DNA of 64,000 nt, from IMG/VR virus record IMGVR_UViG_3300027754_000039, positions 32,001-96,000 of that record. One strand, given 5' to 3'. Position 1 is the first letter of the stretch; each line of letters opens with the position of its first letter. The notes beneath the pieces are model-generated. The model was not told the origin of the DNA. It searched no databases and saw only the letters and a list, made by a program, of their open reading frames with translations. Shown here in pieces: positions 9,028 through 17,608 of the stretch. Origin of the DNA: a virus. A program made the translations under genes and the position numbers.

Positions 9028-11595
9028 TTAACTAAATGAAAAGAAATCTGCCATATTATCATTCTTAGGTATGCCTCCCCAATTCAAAGCTTGATAAAAA
9101 TCACCTAACTTATTTTCCAAAGAAGCAATAAATATCCTTTCATAATCAATATATTGAGTTATAAATTTAATAATTTCTTTTGGATCTTCAAAGCCCTTTA
9201 CAGCTAAAGTATCTAATCCTAATGGATTTTGTTTAAGATAAGTCCATTTAATTTTTTCTCCATCCAATATAGGTTGTGAAGCCGTAATATTATAATATAT
9301 CATTAAGTCATTATAATTCAATGCCGACTTAGCGTGTATTGGAGTTCCTTTAACTCTGTTACCAAATACTTGACCTTTAATCTTTTTAGTTTTGTATTTG
9401 GATAATTCTTTAATACCTGTCGGAAACATAATGTCAAACATAGGTTTAGTTTTCATATCTTCTCGAAATGCTAACACCTTATCATCAATTTTTTTCTTTT
9501 CAGAAATATTTAAAATGTCAATTAAGATACCTGACATAAACTCTCTAAATGCTTTTGGAAAATTACTTCTTACAACATCCATACCTTTAACATCTAACTT
9601 CCACTCTTTAGCTCCGTTAGTCATTTGTGATATTAATACTCCTTTCTCAGAAATAATTTTTTGTGCATAACGTTTTTTTGCAATCCACAAACCAGATTCA
9701 GATACATACTCTTGTTTAATATTTAAAAAGTGTTTATCTGAATTTAAAAAGTGCTTACAAAATTCATCCCAAGATGCATTAATATAATTTTCAACTACTT
9801 GAGAAGTTTTATAAGTAACGTCAATCTTCTCTTGCTTGGTCATCTCTTTACCCATCTTAGTTTCCATTAAGTCAATAATTGGCTTAGCTGAAAAGTAATT
9901 GGAATCTGTATCTACATAAATTACATACTCTTTATCAACTCCTGTCTGTTTAGTAAACCATTCATTGCCTTTCATCATGGCGTGACGAATAACTTGCTGA
10001 CCTGTTAATGTAATTGACTCTGCATTATCTAAATCATGAAATCTAAATCCAGGAGCTCCTAAAGCTCCATATAAAGAGTTATTTACAATCTTCATAGTGT
10101 GCTGTCTGGAGTCAAAGAATTTAGACATATCAGCATTACCCTCCTTACCATACTTCTTTGCTAAGCCACGATATTCTTCACGCTCGCCCATCCAAGTTTC
10201 TAATATAGAAGGAATCAATCCACTTTTGGAATAATCATATACAACACCAATAGAAGATACTGTAAATTTATTATCTACTAACCATTGTCTAAATTCTACA
10301 ATTGGAATCATTACGTGCTTAGCACCTGATTTAATTTTAGCATTGGCATTGGAAAAAGAGTCAGTCCAAAAATCATTTTTAACTGCATCCCAATTTTCTA
10401 CTCTACCTACTTTGGTCTCTGGAGATATATTTAACGTTCTAATAATAGAAGGATATAGTGAAGCCATATCCTCATCAAACACCCATTCATATAAACCTGG
10501 TATTGGATCTTTTACATAAGCTCCAGCAAAATCATTAGAATGTGGATCTGTCGATTCTGCAGAGTGATCTCTTAACTTTCTATTAGGAGCAATAATGCCT
10601 AAACGTTTCATATACGTTACACAGGCTCCATCTAAATATCTAGTTGTAAAATAAACATCTTCATAAGGCACATGACCTTTATGACAGATACCTCGAGCCA
10701 AAGATAGGAATTTAAGTTTTTCATCTAACTCTAAAACTAATATAACGTCATTGATATTATATGCAATAAACTTTTCAGGATCTGTTTTATATAAATGATC
10801 CAAAGTTCCTTCATATTCAATTTTACCTTTACCTAATTCTTTTTTAGAAATAGAATCTAACGAATAAGACACCTCTTCAGAGTATGTAAATAATTTATAC
10901 AATGCCATGTAATCTAAACAACTAACACCCATAATTCTATAACGATTACGATGTTGAAGATAAATTACTTCATTGATTGGAGATAGCGAATCGGCATATT
11001 CCTTACCTACTACCTTTGTCATACGATTATATAAATAAGGAATATCAAAGAAATCAATATTCCATCCTGTTATAATGGTCGGTCTTATTTCTTGATAGTG
11101 AGCTAGAAATCTAGAAATCAATTCGTGTTCAGTTTGAACTACTTCTAAAATTAAATTAGCATCTGTATATGGCTTTAAAGTTCTTTTAGCATCGACAATA
11201 ATAGCTACTGACTGATTGCCTACTCTATCATGAAAGGCAATTGAAGTCATTGGTTGCCAAGCATCTTCTGCTGACGAAAAGCCTCCTTCGGTATTTACTT
11301 CAATATCTATAAATAATTCTCTATGTCCTATTGAAGGCTCATCTGTTTGAAAATATAAATCAATTAAAGTTCTAGTCTCTGGATTAATATCTGATTCATA
11401 TATATGACCTTTTTGAACATCCATTTCATCCCAATCAGTTACTCTATCAACTTTCGATCCATCTAAAGCTGCATGACGACCATGAGAATTTTTCTTATAA
11501 GCATATTTTTTATATGGGAATTTAAGATGACCATTTTTGTCATCCCAGACGTGCATAATATTTTTATGCTTTTGATATGCTATATTTTGGTACAT
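9028..11595 (-). CDS. gp43: family B DNA polymerase (gp43-like), uninterrupted
   Basis: Exo motifs DIE, GWNIDFFD, YNINDV; pol motifs DMASLYPS, K..NNSLYG, YVDTDS. Confidence 0.97.
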   Translation of the reverse strand: MYQNIAYQKHKNIMHVWDDKNGHLKFPYKKYAYKKNSHGRHAALDGSKVDRVTDWDEMDVQKGHIYESDINPETRTLIDLYFQTDEPSIGHRELFIDIEVNTEGGFSSAEDAWQPMTSIAFHDRVGNQSVAIIVDAKRTLKPYTDANLILEVVQTEHELISRFLAHYQEIRPTIITGWNIDFFDIPYLYNRMTKVVGKEYADSLSPINEVIYLQHRNRYRIMGVSCLDYMALYKLFTYSEEVSYSLDSISKKELGKGKIEYEGTLDHLYKTDPEKFIAYNINDVILVLELDEKLKFLSLARGICHKGHVPYEDVYFTTRYLDGACVTYMKRLGIIAPNRKLRDHSAESTDPHSNDFAGAYVKDPIPGLYEWVFDEDMASLYPSIIRTLNISPETKVGRVENWDAVKNDFWTDSFSNANAKIKSGAKHVMIPIVEFRQWLVDNKFTVSSIGVVYDYSKSGLIPSILETWMGEREEYRGLAKKYGKEGNADMSKFFDSRQHTMKIVNNSLYGALGAPGFRFHDLDNAESITLTGQQVIRHAMMKGNEWFTKQTGVDKEYVIYVDTDSNYFSAKPIIDLMETKMGKEMTKQEKIDVTYKTSQVVENYINASWDEFCKHFLNSDKHFLNIKQEYVSESGLWIAKKRYAQKIISEKGVLISQMTNGAKEWKLDVKGMDVVRSNFPKAFREFMSGILIDILNISEKKKIDDKVLAFREDMKTKPMFDIMFPTGIKELSKYKTKKIKGQVFGNRVKGTPIHAKSALNYNDLMIYYNITASQPILDGEKIKWTYLKQNPLGLDTLAVKGFEDPKEIIKFITQYIDYERIFIASLENKLGDFYQALNWGGIPKNDNMADFFSFS

Positions 11596-11596
11596 C

Positions 11597-12619
11597 TTAT
11601 TTTTCTGATTTAATTATATCAATCATTGTTTGTGCATTGTTATTCCACTTTGCTGTCCACTCAAAAGGAACAGTTAAGTCACAACTGTCAAATAGAAAAT
11701 CAATATCTTTAACTCTGTCATATACATTGACAGACGGTACCATTTCAGGGCAACATGCTCTATTTGGAACTAATATATTACAATTAAAGAAAATAGCTTC
11801 TTGTATTGTATATCCAAAAGTTTCTTGATAACAGGTTGATAAATACCAACGAGCCTTTGCCATTAAAGTAAAATATTCTTTTTTAGTTAAGTTAAATTTA
11901 AACTCGATATTTCTAGGCAGATTAGTTCCACAATCTTTTACAGGACCTGAAGACGTAACTATTATTTTTTTATTTGTGCTATTGGCATATTGAATTAACT
12001 CGCCTAAGCCTTTTTCATTACACCACCTATGAGGCCAAATAACAAAATCTTCTTTTACAACATATCCAATCTCTTCATGAAACTCTTGCATATAATTCAA
12101 GTCCCAAATTAAACCTGTCGTATGCACTGTAGCTGTATTCAATCCAAAATATTCACATACATTATATTTGTGATCGTCGCTACCTACAAAAATGCCATCA
12201 CAAATTTGATGATATCCTAATTCAGAAGCGTCTGCCCAATGACCTAATTTTTGTACAAAGTCTGTGCTATCAGCTCTACCAGCATAATTAATTCCATATA
12301 CCTTAACATCAATATCTTGAAGCTCTGCCATGTATTTAATCATTTCAATACCTGGGAAGAATATATCTCCTATTAGAAATGCATCTCCATTATTAACTTT
12401 GCCTTCATTGAAAAGGTCTGCAATCATTTGCAACTGTGCTGCTTTGAATTTGCAAGTATTAACAATATCTAAAAATTGACCACGCTTGATTTCTTTGTCA
12501 ATTTCTACCTTCGGATACAATGAAATGTCTACTTTAGGGTAAATAGCTGCATTCATCATTTGGGTATAGCGAGCTGGTAACTCTTCTATAGGAATGTAAA
12601 TTATTTTATTTTTTGTCAT
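11597..12619 (-). CDS. GT-B (GT4-like) glycosyltransferase (GT2)
   Basis: WPHRWCNEKG and ETFGYTIQE (E-x7-E); directly upstream of the polymerase. Confidence 0.85.
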   Translation of the reverse strand: MTKNKIIYIPIEELPARYTQMMNAAIYPKVDISLYPKVEIDKEIKRGQFLDIVNTCKFKAAQLQMIADLFNEGKVNNGDAFLIGDIFFPGIEMIKYMAELQDIDVKVYGINYAGRADSTDFVQKLGHWADASELGYHQICDGIFVGSDDHKYNVCEYFGLNTATVHTTGLIWDLNYMQEFHEEIGYVVKEDFVIWPHRWCNEKGLGELIQYANSTNKKIIVTSSGPVKDCGTNLPRNIEFKFNLTKKEYFTLMAKARWYLSTCYQETFGYTIQEAIFFNCNILVPNRACCPEMVPSVNVYDRVKDIDFLFDSCDLTVPFEWTAKWNNNAQTMIDIIKSEK

Positions 12620-12650
12620 AACTTTTTATTTTAATAAAATATATGATTTT

Positions 12651-14051
12651 CTATTCAAAAAAGCTAGAGATAGTTTTGTTTTCTTTTGGTAATTCTTTTT
12701 TAATTAAATTACCATTATCATCTGGAACTCCTAAGTAAGTAAATTGCTTTTCATGAAGTATTTGATACCAAGATTGATTGGTGTATATAGCTTCTATATC
12801 TGAAGTAAGATATATTGTTCCTTTTGTATTTTCCGTTCTAAAATAATCTTCTAAAGACATCCAAAACCCTTTATGCTCTTTTAAATAAGTATAAAGACGA
12901 TTGCGTGGTTCTTGTTTTGCTTGCACTCCACCAAAAGCATCTTCAACTAAATTTAACAAAGCTGTTTCATAATCTACTTTATATTGAGTAAATTCCAACT
13001 CTACTTTAGTCTCATCTACTTTCCAGGTATTATAAGCTGACCATATTATATCCGATACTTCTTTGGAATCTGCAACTATTAAATTGCTCATGCCTTGAAA
13101 ATTATAATGCCAATCATAATTGCGTAAAACAACTGTCGGCATAAATCGAAGAGCCTCTAAAACTGCAATACCAAAGGATTCATTTTTATAAGGCATAAAT
13201 GCTACTTTGGCAGATTGAATTATTTTTGCTTTCTCTTCTCCTACAACATCACATTTGATTTCATAATTGGTATGACCTATAGCAGCAAAGTCAGCTTCAA
13301 ACTTTTTAACGTGTGCAGAACGAGTTAGCACTTTTGCTTTTAACTCAACTCCATGCTTTGCTTTTATATCGGCCAGTACCTTAATATACATACCCGGATT
13401 CTTTCTATCCTCGTGTCTTCCTATATAGAGTACCCCTTCCTTCTCAAGATTGTATACGACGTTAGAATCGGTTAATGGATAAGGCTGAATATATAAATTA
13501 GGATTGGAGTAAGGCAATTTAGATAGTAGCTTTGCTTTATTTTGTTTAGTTTGTATCAATGTTGTAATTGGAAAATACATCATTTGCTCAATTAAATTAT
13601 AATAACAATCTTTAAATACTCCAGCTCCTAATTCTGGATTTATAGATTGACATTCATGAGCGTATGAACTAACTCTCATATGTTTATAAAGCTCTAATTG
13701 ATAACATACAAAAGCAGACTCTGTGTCATTGCAAATAACTAAATCATACTTATGATTAGCTAACGCTTTTACTATTGCAGTTCGAAAATTAATTGACTTT
13801 TCAAAATTAAAGCTGTCTGCAAATTGAAATAAATTGGAATGCTTACCATAAGACAATCGCTCTTGCTTGTCTGGATAGTAAACACTAATTCCAGATTCTT
13901 TTAGAAAATTTTCTTCAGGTTCTCCGTCACATATAACATCTATAAAATGCCCATGCTCTAATAAAGTTTCTACTACCCCCTTCATGAAAATTCCGTGTCC
14001 TGAACTAGGCCTAAAATTCATTCTGTTAATGATGAATGCTACTCTTTTCAT
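12651..14051 (-). CDS. GT-B (GT4-like) glycosyltransferase (GT3) with C-terminal extension and clamp-binding-like motif
   Basis: SGHG N-terminal loop, YIGRHEDRKNP, ESFGIAVLE (E-x7-E); ends PKENKTISSFFE. Confidence 0.85.
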   Translation of the reverse strand: MKRVAFIINRMNFRPSSGHGIFMKGVVETLLEHGHFIDVICDGEPEENFLKESGISVYYPDKQERLSYGKHSNLFQFADSFNFEKSINFRTAIVKALANHKYDLVICNDTESAFVCYQLELYKHMRVSSYAHECQSINPELGAGVFKDCYYNLIEQMMYFPITTLIQTKQNKAKLLSKLPYSNPNLYIQPYPLTDSNVVYNLEKEGVLYIGRHEDRKNPGMYIKVLADIKAKHGVELKAKVLTRSAHVKKFEADFAAIGHTNYEIKCDVVGEEKAKIIQSAKVAFMPYKNESFGIAVLEALRFMPTVVLRNYDWHYNFQGMSNLIVADSKEVSDIIWSAYNTWKVDETKVELEFTQYKVDYETALLNLVEDAFGGVQAKQEPRNRLYTYLKEHKGFWMSLEDYFRTENTKGTIYLTSDIEAIYTNQSWYQILHEKQFTYLGVPDDNGNLIKKELPKENKTISSFFE

Positions 14052-14068
14052 AATATATTTTTTAAAAA

Positions 14069-14084
14069 TAATATCCGTGCCGGC
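14069..14084. repeat. left arm of a GC-rich inverted repeat pair
   Basis: TAATATCCGTGCCGGC; 14/16 identical to the reverse complement of 14401-14416, with a 10-bp perfect core. Confidence 0.85.
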
Positions 14085-14090
14085 GGGTTA

Positions 14091-14378
14091 TTATCCTTTA
14101 ATTAATTGTTTAGTTGCTGTTAATTTATCGATACGAGAATCGATATACGAGTGATTCTCATCTACTCGTCTATGTACATTTTCTAATTCCTTTTCTATCC
14201 TTTGATAAATTTCAGAATTGCCATTATTTATGAATTGGTGAATTTGATTTACTTCATCTTGTAAACCTCTTAATTGTTTTTGCTGTTTTAATACCTTCAC
14301 AATACTCAAAACAATAACTGACGCAAAAACGACAGCTATTACAGAAAGCACTCCAAAAGTAAATGATACTATTTCCAT
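14091..14378 (-). CDS. small membrane protein (N-terminal TM helix plus coiled coil), 95 aa
   Basis: MEIVSFTFGVLSVIAVVFASVIVLSIV hydrophobic segment; start at 14378 preferred to 14417. Confidence 0.75.
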   Translation of the reverse strand: MEIVSFTFGVLSVIAVVFASVIVLSIVKVLKQQKQLRGLQDEVNQIHQFINNGNSEIYQRIEKELENVHRRVDENHSYIDSRIDKLTATKQLIKG

Positions 14379-14394
14379 ATTGCTTATTTTGTTT

Positions 14395-14766
14395 TTATTT
14401 GCCGGCACGGCTATCATTTACGCTACCAGAGGTTGCAAGTACTTTTAAAGCTACAATGTCAGGGACTTGAAATCCTAACAATCGCAAATCAGCTAAATCC
14501 ATACGAGTTAATCCTTTGGCCGTAATTTTTTTTCTTCTATTTGATTCGTGTTTAAATTTTAATAACTCAGCACACTTTTCATATTCTTCTAAATTGCTAT
14601 AATATATTATCAAGCAATCATAGATAAATTGTCTATCTGTATGTTTAGGTACATCATACTTACATACTAACCTAAATACATTATCAATCGTTTGCTTCGC
14701 TGACGGAAGTTCTTCTGCCATCACTAAAAACAAATTTAATCGATCTTGACGTTCGTCCGGAGTCAT
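14395..14766 (-). CDS. hypothetical protein with UVR-like EEYEKCAEL motif
   Basis: ORF coupled to folE stop. Confidence 0.6.
   Translation of the reverse strand: MTPDERQDRLNLFLVMAEELPSAKQTIDNVFRLVCKYDVPKHTDRQFIYDCLIIYYSNLEEYEKCAELLKFKHESNRRKKITAKGLTRMDLADLRLLGFQVPDIVALKVLATSGSVNDSRAGK
14401..14416. repeat. right arm of the GC-rich inverted repeat pair
   Basis: GCCGGCACGGCTATCA. Confidence 0.85.
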
Positions 14767-15398
14767 TAATCTAACTTATCTACGAAACGATAAAACTCAT
14801 TTCTAGCTGCTGGGTCAATTAAAAATGCTCCTGACATCTTTGAAGTCATCATTGTCGAGTCGTGACGTACACCTCTCACACAAGCACACATATGATTCGC
14901 TGCTACCATTACTGCTACACCTTTATTACCTTCACACACTGTATTGATATACTCGTGAATTTGCATAGTTAAATTTTCTTGAACCTGAGGTCTGCGAGCA
15001 AAATACTCTACAATACGATTTAGTTTAGACAATCCAATAACCTTACCATCTTCAGACGGAATATAAGCTACGTGTGCATATCCAATAAAAGGTAAATGAT
15101 GATGAGAGCAAAAAGACTTTACATCAATATTGCCTTGAAATACAATTCCATCATACTTATCTAAATTGTCAAATGCTGTAATTTTCGGAGCATCTTCATA
15201 ACAACCTTGAGCTAAATCATTAACAAAGGCTTTTGCAACTCGCATTGGAGTGTCTGAAGAGTTAGGATCGTTTTCCCAATCAATACCTAACGCAGTCATG
15301 TAAGCTCCATAATGTGAAGCTGCAGCTATAATCATAGCCTGCTTCTCTTCTTTAGTTCTAGGAATAGAAGAGTTAGCATATTTTAATAATTCTTTCAT
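14766..15398 (-). CDS. folE: GTP cyclohydrolase I
   Basis: [38 protein letters not shown]. Confidence 0.96.
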   Translation of the reverse strand: MKELLKYANSSIPRTKEEKQAMIIAAASHYGAYMTALGIDWENDPNSSDTPMRVAKAFVNDLAQGCYEDAPKITAFDNLDKYDGIVFQGNIDVKSFCSHHHLPFIGYAHVAYIPSEDGKVIGLSKLNRIVEYFARRPQVQENLTMQIHEYINTVCEGNKGVAVMVAANHMCACVRGVRHDSTMMTSKMSGAFLIDPAARNEFYRFVDKLD

Positions 15399-15402
15399 AT
15401 TG

Positions 15403-15435
15403 TAAATATAAGGAGTTCTAATGAATAAACCAAAT
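15403..15435 (-). promoter_or_regulatory. Bacteroidota-type promoter for folE
   Basis: Minus strand ATTTG-N20-TATATTTA. Confidence 0.65.
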
Positions 15436-15767
15436 TATAATGGTAATTCAATTTGAGTATTTTCTTTAAATACTGCTAGCAAATCAGACTCTCTGAAAAG
15501 AATATATTTTTCTTTGTTAAGTTTAATTTCTTGACCACCATATGCTGGTATCATTACTTCATCACCTTCTTTAACTGACATTGGAATTGAAACTCCATTC
15601 TGAGTATACAATCCAGCTCCTACTGAAATTACTTTTCCCATTTTAACGTCATCTGCAGTTGCAGTTTCTGGAATAATAATTCCTGATGCTGTTTTCTTTT
15701 CTTCTTTAGTTTTATGTTCTTTAACTAAAACTCTGTCGCCTAAAGGCTTAATTACTTTATTTTCCAT
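15435..15767 (-). CDS. groES: co-chaperonin GroES
   Basis: IKPLGDRVLV, mobile loop KTASGIIIPET, VKEGDEV, RESDLLA. Confidence 0.96.
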   Translation of the reverse strand: MENKVIKPLGDRVLVKEHKTKEEKKTASGIIIPETATADDVKMGKVISVGAGLYTQNGVSIPMSVKEGDEVMIPAYGGQEIKLNKEKYILFRESDLLAVFKENTQIELPL

Positions 15768-15768
15768 A

Positions 15769-15957
15769 TTAATCGATTGTATATTTGTCAGCTCCGTCTT
15801 CTGATTTAGCTACTATGCTTCCGTTAGCTAACACTGTTAATGTTAAATTGTATTCTTGTTTTAAAAAATCTTTAATTGCAACTATATCCATATGGTTTGT
15901 TTTCCATAATAAATGTAAAACGTTCATTGCGTCAAATGCTGTTGGTGTCTGTATCAT
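15769..15957 (-). CDS. hypothetical protein
   Basis: Tightly packed between queE and groES. Confidence 0.55.
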   Translation of the reverse strand: MIQTPTAFDAMNVLHLLWKTNHMDIVAIKDFLKQEYNLTLTVLANGSIVAKSEDGADKYTID

Positions 15958-15958
15958 A

Positions 15959-16723
15959 TTATACTCCTCGTTTATCGTTATAAGCTACTATGTGAGCTCT
16001 TCCTGTGAAATTATAGCCTCTTTTAATACACTCTTCCATTACATAAGGATAGTTAGGTTGTAATTTATCTAGCGTATCTCCTGCTGGCATAACCCATACT
16101 TTATTTTTAGGTATGTCATGAGTTGCAATAAACTCTTCTATTTCATTCCACACTTCAGGATCGTTTCTATCTACAACTGGTTTGAAATGATAATCTAAAT
16201 GATACTCCATCATCTTTTTCATAACATCATGATTCATTCTAAATTTGTTATGTTGTGTGATAAGCTTTTCATTTACATCTACTCCTAATGGAGTTTCAGT
16301 TCCTAATTTTGGAATTGAGTTTTTAAACTTAGGTGATAGTGATATTAAATCTATTTTATAATTAGTTTCAATAAAATGGCTTCCTTCAGTTTCAATAGTA
16401 ACATACATTCCTCTCATACGTTTAGCTATATTAACTAATTCATCAACTAACTCAGGATGCATAGTTGGAGAACCACCTGATATCATTAAATGATTGATCT
16501 GAGGATTGGTTTCAAATAGTTCTTGAATAGCATTAAGAGTCCAAGTACCTTTCTCTGGATGAATACTTGTATACCAAGAATCACACCATCCTCCTTCTCC
16601 AAAGTAACATCTGTGAGTACAGCCTGTTGTTCTTACTAGAAAATGAGGACGACCTGCTCGTGAACCTTCAGTTTGAACGCAAGTATATGCTTCAATGATA
16701 GGTTGTATTTTATTATAGTCCAT
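15959..16723 (-). CDS. queE: 7-carboxy-7-deazaguanine synthase (radical SAM)
   Basis: VQTEGSRAG.P..LVRTTGC, CTHRC-x7-CDS, ISGGSP, TIETEG, LSPK. Confidence 0.92.
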   Translation of the reverse strand: MDYNKIQPIIEAYTCVQTEGSRAGRPHFLVRTTGCTHRCYFGEGGWCDSWYTSIHPEKGTWTLNAIQELFETNPQINHLMISGGSPTMHPELVDELVNIAKRMRGMYVTIETEGSHFIETNYKIDLISLSPKFKNSIPKLGTETPLGVDVNEKLITQHNKFRMNHDVMKKMMEYHLDYHFKPVVDRNDPEVWNEIEEFIATHDIPKNKVWVMPAGDTLDKLQPNYPYVMEECIKRGYNFTGRAHIVAYNDKRGV

Positions 16724-16725
16724 AT

Positions 16726-17064
16726 TTATAACTTATTTTTAATAATATTAATTTTAACATCTCCATTAATAATTTGATCTTGCACCTTAGATGCTTCTTT
16801 AAAGTTTTTACAGTCCGTTACATCCACATTGATTGTTATTCCTAACTCTTTTAATTGCTCAGGCGTTAATGGTTTAATTGGTTCAGGTTTTACAAACTTT
16901 GGATAAGTTCTTTTAAGTGGTTCTTTTTTAAAGAAGTAACCAGCTATGTCGACATAAGGTAATAATTCTTTATCACCTTCAATAGTTGTAGTTCCATTTT
17001 CGGCTTTTAACATTACTATTTTATATCCCATTTTATGAGACAACCATTTAATTATTTTTATCAT
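16726..17064 (-). CDS. hypothetical protein
   Basis: ORF in the que cluster. Confidence 0.6.
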   Translation of the reverse strand: MIKIIKWLSHKMGYKIVMLKAENGTTTIEGDKELLPYVDIAGYFFKKEPLKRTYPKFVKPEPIKPLTPEQLKELGITINVDVTDCKNFKEASKVQDQIINGDVKINIIKNKL

Positions 17065-17114
17065 ATATGTAATTTATTTTAATGTCTCCGAATGTGGTTG
17101 TTACAACCCAATAA

Positions 17115-17591
17115 TTATTCTTCATAGATGCTAGAGTTTTTATCATTTTCAAAACATTCTACTTTAATCACTTTACATCTACCAGCGTCTGTCTTAGATA
17201 ACACTTCATTAAAGTGATCATAAACTAATTTAGCATTGCTTTCAGCTCCCATTTTATCTAGTAAATGAACTTTAGCTAAACCCATTTGCCCTAATTGTTC
17301 AAATACATCAGCATAAGGATCGTCTTTTTGAATTAGTAAAGTATGATCCCACATATGATCCATCCATGACTTAAGACCATTGCCTACTGGTTTGTCTTTA
17401 AACCCTGAATAGTCTACAATCCAATTCATATCGTCTAACTGTTTATTAACGTCAGGTTCATTGGAGGCGAACCATACTTTAAATTTTAACGCATATCCAT
17501 GTAATAATTGACAGTGTGAATGTTGAGCTTTCCACTGTCTAATTGCCACGCTATAGTTATCAAAAGTTTTAGTACTTAAATACTGTGCCAT
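17115..17591 (-). CDS. queD: 6-carboxy-5,6,7,8-tetrahydropterin synthase
   Basis: HCQLLHGY, WIVDY, WDHTLL, AESNAK, ECFEN..NSSIY. Confidence 0.92.
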   Translation of the reverse strand: MAQYLSTKTFDNYSVAIRQWKAQHSHCQLLHGYALKFKVWFASNEPDVNKQLDDMNWIVDYSGFKDKPVGNGLKSWMDHMWDHTLLIQKDDPYADVFEQLGQMGLAKVHLLDKMGAESNAKLVYDHFNEVLSKTDAGRCKVIKVECFENDKNSSIYEE

Positions 17592-17608
17592 TTTATTATT
17601 TTTAGTTA

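Noticed and set aside
17084-17112. GGTTG-TTA-CAACC hairpin near queD as a possible preQ1 riboswitch
   Set aside because: It lies downstream of queD and lacks the P1 and A-rich tail arrangement of preQ1-I aptamers.
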